A stretch of DNA of 64,000 nucleotides from NCBI RefSeq assembly GCF_964204645.1, contig NC_134036.1:10147859-10211858 (forward strand). Reading direction: 5' to 3'. Shown here one piece after another: positions 49,547 through 61,710 of this stretch (the stretch's first letter is position 1; each line of letters opens with the position of its first letter). The position numbers and the translations under genes are program-made. The notes under the pieces are model-generated. The model made no database searches. It was not told the DNA's origin and was given only the letters and a program-made list of their open reading frames with translations. The DNA is from Tubulanus polymorphus (lineage: Eukaryota > Animalia > Nemertea).

Positions 49547-52227
49547 CGTTTTGATGTTTCATATTCCACCGGTTCAGAATCTGGGAACTCGGCATTGTGA
49601 ATTTTTCTATTTCACCGAGTTGAGAATTGGTATAACGAATATTTTTTCCGAATAATTTTTAGTGAAATTCACCGAAATCATCCGTAATGAATAAGGGGGA
49701 ATCTGCCGTGTATGTGTAAACTCGGAATTGATAATATATTACTTTAGCGAGGTAAAGAATTAATAAACGATGAAAAAAATGGTATATGATTACCCCTCAG
49801 AATGTGTTCGGAGTGCAGACTACCATTAACGCTCATGAATTATGCAAAACGCTAGCGTTAAATATGCACTTGATATAGGCCCTTACCTGAATTAGTGGCC
49901 TATGAACATTTATCACCCTCGCTTGTTGAATGTAATTGACATTTGCAATAATTCATAGATACAAATGACTTATACCCTTCTTTAATTAAGGTAGAAAAAG
50001 CCGCAGTTTAAAGCTGCAGCACAGTCAGTTGCCAACAAAGGTACAGAGCCAGCAGCCCCTTTCTCAAAGGGACTCTATACCCCATTCAGATAATGAGTTA
50101 TATGTTGTATCGAGGTCATCAAGATCCCATTACTTCCTACTAATACCTCATGCCCGATTTTTTTCTATACACCTACGTTGAGGCCACTTGTTAAATTGTT
50201 AAGGAAAATGTATGCCGATCCAGACTTATTTGATATTCAGCAGACCCAAAAGAAGTGATTTTCAGACCCAGTTTGTTTGAATGTCATACAACCAATTTAG
50301 GTGACGAATGTTATTAAATCACTACTGACTCAAATGGCTCAGATTAATTGGGAGTTTGTGAGAAAGACGGAAGATTATTTAGTTGCTATATCTAAAATAT
50401 AAGGACTTTTAAGGGATGATTAACCTGGGTTAAGAGGGAGTAGAATGGAAGTAGCGGGTATTGAAAATACCATATAGGTTAAGGTTAGAAGCGGGTGAGG
50501 AAATAGTTTAGGAATGTGAGAAACGTACAAATTAGTATATAAGTCTAAGGTTTTTAAAGTTAGAGAGTACAAAAAGAGAGTTGGGCGATAAAGCAGAGAG
50601 ATATGTTACACTAAGGAGAAGAAAATAAAGAAGCAGTGTGGTCGTATAAGAAAACTTGTTATAACTTATATTACCCTCAGAAGGGAGAACGCTTAGGACA
50701 ACCCAAATGAACAAGCCCGTCAACACCATTGGTTGAGAAAGTAGTCACACACCAACTACTAGCAGAACTTTGTGACACAACAACTCTTCGAGAATTCCGT
50801 GGCAATTACAAGTGGTACAGATTTTCAAAGTGACATTACAGTTCGATGTCGCAGGTATTGAATTTGAAAGACCACGGGTCATGGTATGAAGGTGCACAGA
50901 CAATACTATAGATTACCAGACAACAGATGCGAGTGGCAAAATAGACAACTACTTGACGTGAAGGGGACACATTTGGAGGAGATCGCTGTGGACAAAGAAA
51001 GAAAAGGTTAAATACCTCTATACAAAGATATGGTAGCCATAATAATTCTTGTCAGCAACTTTATTTCATGAACAGTAAACATGAAACTCAAATGCAACCA
51101 GCAAGAAGTGTTTGAAACAACGAACAGTCAACTCCCTATATACCGCCCACATGGGTGTAGAACGTTTTACATGGTATAGAGTGTATGGCGGTGTATTGGA
51201 GGTGCTTTACTACGTATTTGTATAGAGATGTACATTGAGAAAACCTGGCGGCAGGAGGGGGTTGCTGTAAATATGATGGTGGTTTATCGGGGGTTAAATG
51301 TACCCCAAAATCTTGGTTCTCCGATCAACTCAAAAAAATGTTGGTGTATTTTGTGGATGCTAAGGTTTCAAGATTGGAAATAAAGTCTGAATTCAGATGT
51401 AGCAGCTGATTGGATTAATGAATATATTGTACCATAGTAGAGGCTAGCGACATTGACACTAGTGCCGATACTAATTCCATCCTAGGTTAGATAAGGCGTG
51501 ATAAGATCTTAAATAGATCGAAATAACTTCCTCCATTTCAATTGACTTGAACAGGACAGTAAAACGTTCAAAGTACAATGTACACAAATACATTATTCAC
51601 CTAAACTTTACAAACGCAAACGTACAATGCACATTACAAGGAATAAAATATATTTAAAAGCATAATTAAATTAAAACTTTTCATAGCGGATATTTGAAAC
51701 TTATAGCCATTGTCATCGTACATGAAATAAAAAATTAGCCTCCGCTCTGAAGTCGGATCCTTCGAATGCTATTCGATTTGGCTAAATTCCAAATTGAATT
51801 TTCAATGAAAATTTCATTGGGGACTTGTTAAAGATAGTATTAGGGTAATAAAACTATCGCCTGGACAATTTCAACCACTTCACTGGTTAGCAAAAAAACA
51901 ATGGTTGCTATGAATAATACACGTCCAGAGTTATTAATCAAATTCCCATTGACCCAAATGACAAAATGGTTAGTACCACTCATTATGATTAGCTAAGTCT
52001 ATATTTTTAAAATGGACCCACCTTCACTTTCCCATGGCTAAGCTATGCATACATTTGAGTTAGAAAGCCTACTGATACATGATGCCTAGTGATAACTTGT
52101 TAAACTTTACAAATATTGAATTAGCGTTTTTCTTAGGACTTGTTTTAGGACTTATCTCAGGAAAATGGGATGGGATTTCTAGATAAACCTCAAAATCCGG
52201 AAACCGGCTCACATCTATACGAAAAGG

Positions 52228-52285
<58 letters not shown>

Positions 52286-52317
52286 ATATACCTTAACTAT
52301 ATATATATATATATATA
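52228..52317. repeat. (TA)n microsatellite, interrupted
   Basis: Direct reading; supplies the pogo target site. Confidence 0.95.
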
Positions 52318-55300
52318 AGGTAACGTGGGGTGACTTGGCCATTGGGGTGATTTGGCCACCATAATCAATAAAAAATTAAGAAGGCACGACCCAAAAAATC
52401 AAACTGTGCTTATTATTTTCTTTGTGATATAGTTTTATTGTCATGATCGTACTGTATTATAAATTGATAATTGTCAAGAAGTCACATGACCAGTCATGTG
52501 ACTTGAAGATATTCAAAATGGCGGACTGCAAACTCACGCTGTGAAGTCAAGGAATTAAGGTAGGAAAAACTTGTAATCATGAGCACTGGAACTGAATTGT
52601 TATGTGTCATTATAATTAGTTAGTTAGTGACGTATAATTTAGAAATTGAATCTTCTGCAAGGTATTTTATACTTTAATGTAATCAAGAAATTACTTGTTT
52701 TGGGGTGACTTGGTCACGGTGGCCATGTCACCCCACGCTTGTACCTATATAACAAGTGGTCTATGTATAAACTCTTGGATAATAACTGATGTGCTAAACC
52801 TTATAAGCTGATAAGGTGCAATCATCGGTAGGTCTACTGGGATCTAGCCTACTGTATACTATCACAAATTTGTTTTTGTAGTACAATACCTGGTAACAGG
52901 TAAACAGGTAACCCCCCCCCCCAAATTTGATTTCACAGCAAAATTCAATAAAAATACTTCTATATTCTTATGTTGAAAAACTTGAATAGTTTTCAAAAAT
53001 TTCACATTTTCCATGGCGTTTTTCACAATATTCACCTTGGATAATCTGTGACTTTTACCAAGCTACGTGCATAGAAATGACATTATTCTGTGACTTTTAG
53101 CTACCAACATGCATAAAAATCACATTATCGTAGTTTTGATAATTTCTATAAAGAAATCTAGTTTGTAATGGTGAAATATCTACGTACCCTAAGTAGTATT
53201 GTAAAAACTATTATCTGTTTTAATTTAGGTTTTATACTTAAGTTTGATAGAAAACTGATCTGGGGGGGGGATTTTTCCCATGTCGGATTTTTACCGGGGG
53301 GATATTTACCGGTGGGATTATTACCTACATTCAAAATACCTTATTATCTAAGTATTTTTCGTCTTTATTTTCAGGGATGCCACGAGATTATGTTAAAAAA
53401 GTTGGTGGGCGCCCATACAATTGCTATGATGCTGGTGATATGCAGGCGGCCATTCAAGCCTGCGAAGATGGTCTCTCAAAAAAGAAAGCAGCAGAATTAT
53501 TCCATGTTAGTCGTACTTCTTTACGTAGACATCTGGAGGCATACAGACGTGGCGAAGAAATAAAAAAACCAGGAGGACAGACAGTTCTCACAGCGGAAGA
53601 AGAGGAGTTGGTTGTTCATTCGTTGCAAATCCTCAGCGATTGGGGCTTTGGTTTAGATCGCAATGATATAAGATTGATCGTGAGAGATTTTATAAGAGGC
53701 CTAGGAAGAAAAAACCAATTTAAAGGCGATCTACCAGGGTTGGATTGGATGAGACTATTTGAAGAGCGCCATAAGTCTAAAATATCGCGTCGGATTGCAC
53801 AGAATTTCCCTCTCAATCGTGCCGAAGCATGTTCTCAGAAAATAGTGGATGATTTCTTTATGAAATTAGAAAAACTGTTAGATGAAAACCAGCTGCTGCA
53901 TAGTCCAGGTCATATCTTCAATATGGATGAAACAGGCTTTCAAACTGACATTGGCTCGAAAAAAGTCCTATGTCGACGAGGTGATAAAAACCCACACGTA
54001 ACGGTTGGTTCTAGTACCAAAACTATGTACACAGTTGTTGAATGTTTTTCTGCTGATGGTAATTTTCTAGCACCTTATGTTGTCTACAAAGCAAAGAACT
54101 TGTATGAGTCTTGGTGCACTGGTGGGCCTGAGCGAGCGAGATATAACGTATCAGACTCTGGATGGATGGAAACTCCTCAATTTTCTGAATGGTTTAAGAA
54201 AGTTTTTCTAGAAGAGACCAAAACCATACCTGGAAAAAAGTTACTGTTATATGATGGACACAATTCTCACATCAATTTGGATGTGCTGAACCTGGCTATG
54301 CAGAATGATGTGATCATCTTTTGCATACCAGCGCACACTAGTAGTATTCTTCAACCACTTGATGTAGGGGTATATAAGGCGCTAAAACAAAGTTGGCGGA
54401 AGGTTCTAAATGAACACTACGTATCAACTAGGTTTAAATCTGTAGATAAAGCTACATTCCCTTCCCTCCTGAATAAAGTCCACCAATCTAGTTGTATGTC
54501 GCGAATGAATGCAATCAACGCATTTGAGAAATGTGGAATATACCCGCTTGATAAAACCAAGATAGGCGATGAACTACTCAAGACATCTTGCGCTTTGCCT
54601 GAAACTCCCACTGAAACTGTAACTAACGACAACGAGATAACCAGAACTGATGCCTCAAGATCCCGTGAGAATATATCCGTTCAACCGAGAGACCTTCTAC
54701 GCTCGAGTACACAATTCAGAGAAGGCCCAAGTACAATCACTGTAACTGCTGAAGTCCATAGTAAGCCACCTGGTAGCAACGTCATCACCCCTCGTCCGGA
54801 AAGATCGCAAAACTCTGATGTCCTCAGTCCAAAATCTAGTCTTGAGAAGGCATTGCTTGATCATTTCAAGTATTCTGCTCCTGAGCCTCCGAAGAAGAGA
54901 AAAAGACTAGACAGGAAATTTGCTGAATGTCTCACAGTAAATGACGTTGTTGAGCGGCTCGAACAGGAAGAACAAAAGAAAGAACAGAAGAGAGCTAAAA
55001 AAAAGAAACCAAACTCAAAAATAAGAAAAAAAGTGAACGGAAACAAGGAAAATGTGTCTGATTCTGAAGATGGTAATGAAGAAGAACCGGAAATTGATGA
55101 TGATAGTGATGACGACATCGGTCAACTGGAAAATGATAGCGATATGATTGGCCAAATGGAGAACATGATAGCTAGAGAGTATGAAATTGGAAAATTTGTT
55201 ATTGCAGTCTATAATCAAAAGTGGTATGTCACGACAGTGTTGAAATCAAGTCCAGCAATTTCTCCAACTGTATTCTTAAAGTATAAACGATGGCATGGGG

Positions 55301-56519
55301 TGAATAGGTTCTCGTCACCACCTAAGGATGATATTCTGGAAACCTGTAAGGAAGATATTCTCTGTTCCATCTCTGAGTCAGATATCATCAATGTTGGTTC
55401 ACGATTTGTAGGTGTGACATCAGAAAAGCTGGCCCTCATAGAGAAATGTTTTTCGAAATGGTGTGATGAGTATGGTGAATAATATTGTTCTACGTACTTG
55501 TGTTTTATCGTTATATAGCAATTAGTTGCCGTTATTCATGTTTTGTTGATCGTTAGAATTTTACTAAAATTTGATTGTTTAGTGTTCTTGAATAAGATTG
55601 TCTATGAATAGATTTGAATAAATTCTGGCATAACACACAACTGTACTTATGTGAAAAGTTGATAATGCATGTATATAGCATAGATTTATGAGGTATTCTG
55701 TCAGATATAAAAAAATATAGCAAGGTTCTGTTTGAAAGATTACATTCCATCAGCCTTCATTACTTTTATTCAAGAGAGAGTCATTTTCAGTTCAGACTAT
55801 GGTTTTTATAGAGCATGGGATTTAACCCTGTAACGTCAGAGTTATCAAGGTTTCCTGAAGTTATTATGCTAGAATGAAAACACCACAAACATTACACCCT
55901 ATTTGTAGCGTTTTTATTCTAGCATACCGTTGTATTATATCGGAAAACAGGATTTTCTGCATGTGACTGTCTAATCAAGGGATCCAGAAACAGACCCATT
56001 TACTACCCAAGCCTACTAGTCATTAACAACAATGAATTTAGTCGCAGCATGATCTTGTTCAGTATAATGGTCAGTGGTCCACAAGTAACCTATGATTGCA
56101 GAAGTAATTGCGGAACACTTCTACTAAGCTTATAGGAGATCTCTGCAATCGCAAAACCATCCTTTTTATCTTTTGACCAAGGTACCGGTGGGTAAAAACA
56201 TTTTACACCGGTCAGAATAAAACTTCTCCTGAGGGTAGGGCCATGGGTTGTCATATACATGTATTATAGCTAATATGACCAATTCACCCCATGCACTGAC
56301 CAAGTCACCCATGTTGTATGGGGTGACTTGGTCACACAATAATTCCCGTTTACTCCTGATTATACAAATCATCCATAGCACTTTGGCTAACTAATGACAG
56401 GTACAAGATAACCTATGGTCCATACTATCAAACATAATAATTGGGGGAATGATTATGCAATCAAGTGATTAAGAATATCTGATTTTAAAGACATATGGCC
56501 AAGTCACCCCACGTTACCT
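52318..56519 (+). mobile_element. Intact pogo-family (DD35D) DNA transposon, 4202 bp
   Basis: Perfect 25-bp TIR AGGTAACGTGGGGTGACTTGGCCAT, TA TSD, subterminal GGGGTGA(C/T)TTGG repeats at both ends. Confidence 0.95.
53377..55482 (+). CDS. pogo transposase (HTH-psq, CENP-B HTH, DDE_1), 701 aa
   Basis: FNMDETG, LLYDGHNSH, LQPLDVG with 35 residues between the last two Asp; splice acceptor TTTTCAG just upstream of the ATG. Confidence 0.95.
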   Translation: MPRDYVKKVGGRPYNCYDAGDMQAAIQACEDGLSKKKAAELFHVSRTSLRRHLEAYRRGEEIKKPGGQTVLTAEEEELVVHSLQILSDWGFGLDRNDIRLIVRDFIRGLGRKNQFKGDLPGLDWMRLFEERHKSKISRRIAQNFPLNRAEACSQKIVDDFFMKLEKLLDENQLLHSPGHIFNMDETGFQTDIGSKKVLCRRGDKNPHVTVGSSTKTMYTVVECFSADGNFLAPYVVYKAKNLYESWCTGGPERARYNVSDSGWMETPQFSEWFKKVFLEETKTIPGKKLLLYDGHNSHINLDVLNLAMQNDVIIFCIPAHTSSILQPLDVGVYKALKQSWRKVLNEHYVSTRFKSVDKATFPSLLNKVHQSSCMSRMNAINAFEKCGIYPLDKTKIGDELLKTSCALPETPTETVTNDNEITRTDASRSRENISVQPRDLLRSSTQFREGPSTITVTAEVHSKPPGSNVITPRPERSQNSDVLSPKSSLEKALLDHFKYSAPEPPKKRKRLDRKFAECLTVNDVVERLEQEEQKKEQKRAKKKKPNSKIRKKVNGNKENVSDSEDGNEEEPEIDDDSDDDIGQLENDSDMIGQMENMIAREYEIGKFVIAVYNQKWYVTTVLKSSPAISPTVFLKYKRWHGVNRFSSPPKDDILETCKEDILCSISESDIINVGSRFVGVTSEKLALIEKCFSKWCDEYGE

Positions 56520-56769
56520 TATATAGTTTTATAAACGCCAACTTATCGGGACATGCGTGATTCTGAGACTCGGAGTATTGGGGCCTCTCTGTCGTATTGG
56601 GTCATTTTCTATTTATTGGGACTAGGACCCAATAATCTTGGCCCCAATTATTTAGCTGATGTGGTTAGCACCCATACATTATTATATCGTATGTGGCAGA
56701 AATGCATATTGGGTCGTTGAGTAGCGACACAACACCCCTCTGGTGGTGAATTCCGGAAACGTTATGTAT

Positions 56770-56872
56770 GATTCGACCAATCAGATTTGATATATATCTA
56801 TCGACCAATCAGATTGATTCGTATGACTCGACCAATCAGATTCAAGGATCACATCAACGTGGCGGCCATTAT
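56770..56872 (+). promoter_or_regulatory. Triple CCAAT box plus YY1-like site (probably the promoter of another repeat)
   Basis: CGACCAATCAGATT three times at 27-28-bp spacing followed by GGCGGCCATT. Confidence 0.45.
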
Positions 56873-58299
56873 CGTTGTTTCGATTCGGAATTATGTTTAG
56901 CGTTTATGCACGGCTTGTTGAGTAAGTACTATTGATAAATGAAATCTTTTTGCTCGTATCAACTGAGTTAGTTACCTAATCGTCGGTGGTAAGCTTTTTA
57001 TAATCGGATGGGCTTATACCAACGTGTGGTTTGTGAAAATATCCGATCGTGAAACTAAACCACTGACAGGTTAGGCTTTCGTTAACTAGCCTAACGTTAA
57101 CAATAGATTCATTGAATGTTCTTTGAATAATTCAATTCAGTAGGCCAATTCTATGTCACTGAACAGTTGCCAAACAATACACCCATGGACCGTAGTAGGC
57201 CTAAACAAACCGGACATATTTGGGGCGACTTTTACTCTTGATTTCGTTCGTTTGGCATGATATTTTAATTCAGGCTTTTAGGCCTACCGCAGGTGTAATC
57301 AGGTCGGCACCGGTAGTCCAACACAGTCACAGCCAATTTATCTTGGGGGTGTGATTGTGAAGAGATAGGCCTAGGTCTATGGTGGAACTTTTAGGCTTAT
57401 ATTGGATGGCATAACTAAGGATTCACATCAGAGTGCTCCGTAGTTAGGAGTGCTCCCTAAGCCGGCTTTTGGCAGTAGTTAGCACAACTGTGGAGTCGGA
57501 GAAACCAATATGGCATCTCATTCAAAGAGCGGCTGTAATTCAAGCCCAAACTATTGACATTTTGACCAAAAGAAAGTAAGATTTTTGGCTAAAAGTTACT
57601 GATTTTTGTTTCCCCCAAATTTTTTTTCCATTAGGCCTATTTTCCAACTTTTTCAGTACGGGCCGTTGTCATCCCTGATCATGTATATATTTTAACTACT
57701 ACTCAATTGCTTTAGGCCTATAAAGTAATTCGATAAGCCTACAAGTCGTGTGGAAGATTCCAATCAATCCGCAGTTGAACCACATGGAGAGTCTTATGAC
57801 AGATATGAGTCAGCTTGCCGCAACCGATGGTAAATCAGTTTAGTTATTCCATATCTTTTTAGCCCACTTGGAACTGGTCTAGTACCTAGCCGTTGGCTGT
57901 AGGGAACCGGTATTCGGTAACAACGACTGGTATTCAGACTAACTTGGAACTTAAGACCTTAAGTTGATTTTATTGGGAAATATAAGACCAAGATCAAGTA
58001 ACGTGTCGTATACGGCTGAGTGTTTATGTGGTAGGTAGTTTAACTTGTACAGTCGGGTATTGGATGGTGCTGCCATCTTGGGTCCAGGTGGTAGTCCGCA
58101 GGCAGAGGGGAGTCGTCTTCCAGAGTTGTTTAGCCAGTCGAAAACTGGTTGTTCGGGGAGACAGTCGTAATAAAACTACTGGCATATTCTATCAGTCTAT
58201 GCTTTTTATTTTAATCTCTAGTTCTCAGGAGCAGGAGTTGGAGTCTTCCTAGGCGGAGTGTGCTGGCGTGTCCACCGTACACGTCCGCTGAAATAGTCG

Positions 58300-60020
58300 C
58301 TACTGTTCGTTCCTCAACGAGAGGACCGACATCCCTCGACATCGATCGTGCGAGAAGCTCGCTAAGGGGGCGCTGCTGTTCGACCCTCAACGAGAGGATC
58401 GACATCGATCGTGCGAGAAGCTCGCTAAGGGGCGCTGCTGTTCGACCCTCAACGAGAGGATCGACATCGGTCGTGGGAGAAGCTCGCTAAGGGCGCGCTG
58501 CTGTTCGACCCTCAACGAGAGGACCGACAGCGCTCGACATCGGTCGTGCGAGAAGCTCGCTAAGGGCGCGCTACTGTTCGTTCCTCAACGAGAGGACCGA
58601 CATCGCTCGACATCAATCGTGCGCAAAGCTCGCTAAGGGGGCGCTGCTGTTCGACCCTCAACAAGAGGATCGACATCGATCGTGCGAGAAGCTCGCTAAG
58701 GGGTGCTGCTGTTCGACCCTCAACGAGAGGACCGACATCGCTCGACATCGGTCGTGCGCGAAGCTCGCTAAGGGCGCGCTGCTGTTCGTTCCTCAACGGG
58801 AGGATCGACGTTGCTTCAAATTGATCGTGCGAGAAGCTCGCTAAGGAGACGCCGCTGTTCGATCCTCAACGGGAGGACCGACATCGATCGTGCAAAAGGC
58901 TCGCTAAAGAGACGCCGCTGTTCGATCCTCAACGGGAGGACCGACATCGATCGTGCGAGAAGCTCGTTAAGGAGACGCAGCTGTTCGATCCTCAACGGGA
59001 GGACCGACATCGATCGTGCGAGATGCTCGCCAATGGCGCGCTGCTGTTCGACCCTCAATGAGAGGACCGATGTTGCTCCAAATTGATCGTGCGAGAAGCT
59101 CGTTAAGGAGACGCAGCTGTTCGATCCTCAACGGGAGGACCGACATCGATCGTGCGAGATGCTCGCCAATGGCGCGCCGCTGTTCGATCCTCAATGAGAG
59201 GACTGACTTCGCTCGACTTTGATCGTGCAAAAGGCTTGCTAGGGAGACGCCGCTGTTCGTTCCTCAACGGGAGGACCGAGATCGATCGTGCGAGAAGCTT
59301 GTTAAGGAGACGCCGCTGTTCATTCCTCAACGGGAGGACCGAGATCGATCGTACGAGAAGCTTGTTAAGGAGACGCCGCTGTTCGTTCCTCAACGAGAGG
59401 ACCGACATCGCTCGACATCGGTCGTGCGAGAAGCTCGCTAAGGGCGCGCTGCTGTTCGTTCCTCAACAGGAGGACCGACGTTGCTCCAAATTGATCGTGC
59501 GAGAAGCTCGCTAAGGAGTCGCCGCTGTTCGATCCTCAACGGGAGGACCGACATCGATCGTGCGAAAGGCTTGCTAAAGAGACGCCGCTGTTCGATCCTC
59601 AACGGGAGGACCGACATCGATCGTGCGAGAAGCTCGTTAAGGAGACGCCGCCGTTCGATCCTCAACGGGAGGACCGACATGGATCGTGCGAGATGCTCGC
59701 TAATGGCGCGCTGCTGTTCGACCCTCAACGAGAGGACCGATGTTGACCGATGTCTCCAAATTGATCGTACGAGAAGCTCGCTAAGGAGTCGCCGCTGTTC
59801 GATCCTCAACGAGAGGATCGACTATGATCGTGCAAAAGGCTTGCTAGGGAGACGCCGCTGTTCGTTCCTCAACGGGAGGACCGAGATCGATCGTACGAGA
59901 AGCTTGTTAAGGAGACGCCGCTGTTCGTTCCTCAACGGGAGGACCGAGATCGATCGTGCGAGAAGCTCGCTAAGGAGGCGCCGCTGTTCGATCCTCAACG
60001 AGAGAACCGACATCGCTTGA
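58300..60020. repeat. CpG-rich minisatellite, 63-bp core unit with ~72-bp variants, roughly 25 copies
   Basis: GACATCGATCGTGCGAGAAGCTCGCTAAGGAGACGCCGCTGTTCGATCCTCAACGGGAGGACC repeated; generates the 21-aa-periodic ORFs. Confidence 0.95.
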
Positions 60021-61710
60021 CATCGTTTGTGCGAGAGAGACGTGTCTACCGTCCACGTTCGCTTAAGAGAATGCCGCCGTTCGGTTCTCAACGTGGGAAC
60101 CGCCGGTCCCCTAAGAGGGATTGGAGTGTTTCGGCTGCGACATTTAGTTCCGCTATGTAACGTACATTGTCGCTGATTTACGCCGCACATGGCACGGAGG
60201 TGCACATGCGCACAGAGGTGCGCAACTTAGAAAATTCAAGGAAAGTGTAGAGAACAGAGTTAGAGAAAATAGAGCGGCTAGAGCGAGACTCAAACCCGGG
60301 CAAGTAAATTACTAGCGCAGCGTCATCCCACTAGATCACCGAGCTCGTGAAAACCAACCGAATGTTTTCAGATGCAAGATGGCCGTTCTGTTTCCTATTT
60401 TGTACCAAAAAAATGTCAATTTTGGCCTCAATTTCAACTAGGCCTACTACTCAATTGCTTATGCATGTTCATATTTTTTATTTTCATAGGAAGATGGACC
60501 ACCGCATTCGGTACGAGTCGTGCAGAAGATTCCAATCAATCCACAGGTTAACCACATGGAGAGACATGACAGATGAGTCAACATGACAGGTTGACATTGA
60601 CATTTCCACCAAGTACTAACTAATCGCCTAAAAGGACCCATTAGGCCCTATGTTTCTTAAAGTCTATCATACTGAATGTATATAATTCATCACCTAGGAA
60701 TCCCCGAATTGAGGGAAATCTATGATAGAATGTATTGATATTACACAGGAAACCCACAGTTAGATTGGTCTGGTAAAATCTATCATATGGATTATTATGT
60801 ACTATAAGACAAAGGACCCAATAGGTCGGTACAATCTATCATGTGGAATGTATTAGTTATTACACAGGCAACCAGCTGTTTGATGGACCCAATAGATTGG
60901 TACAATCTATAAAATGTAATAGGCCCATTATCATTTATAGAAATATATTAATGTAATTGATTTAATGTATTTATATACATGTATCTACCCTAGATACATC
61001 TTCTGCCCAAAAACTGAGCTTGGTCAGAATCAACATGGTTGACTGGTGGCCATTTTTGTTCGCTGAAATCAGCACTTTCCTACTCATTTTTGAAGTTTTC
61101 AAGGGAATTTTGAAGACACTGATCAATTACCTTGATCTATCAGATCGTGTACTCGAAGGTTCCATCAGCATGAGAGAAATTTTGGGTCAATCGGATGCAA
61201 GATGGCCGTCCTGTGACCTTTTTTCGTACCCAAAAAATATCAATTTTTGTCTCAATTTCAACCACTACTCAATTGCTTATGCATGTTCATATTTTTAATT
61301 TTCACAGGAAAATGGACCACCGAGTTCGATACAATTGGTGTGAAAGATTCCAATCAATCCGCAGTTGAATCACATAGAGAGAGTCTTATGGTAGATATGA
61401 GTCAACTTTCCGCAACCGATGGTAAATCAGTTTAGTTATTTCATACCTTTTTAGCCCACTAGGGACTTTAGACCGAAAGTCGATTATTTGGGATATTTCT
61501 CTAAAACTTTTGAACACATACTGTAGGCCTACCTGAATTTGATCATCATACTACCAGTGAAACTGGTATATTGTGGGTTGACTGTAAATCAATTTTAACA
61601 ATATGTTTCCGTGCCTACCATTTGAAATTATAATCAAATCATCAAAAATCAATGGTTCGTAGGCATGGAAACTCAGGACGCATATTGTTAGAATTTCAAA
61701 AATGGCTTAT

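Noticed and set aside
50000-50720. LINE RT 3' relic
   Set aside because: Only faint fragments (YAD, N.LP); too degraded to call.
53168-55439. Additional genes overlapping the pogo transposase
   Set aside because: Short alternative-frame or antisense shadows of the 701-aa ORF with no motifs.
58300-60020. CRISPR array or real Arg-rich repeat protein
   Set aside because: No unique spacers and no cas genes; the whole unit repeats, and ORFs on both strands with frequent frame breaks follow from the 63-bp period.
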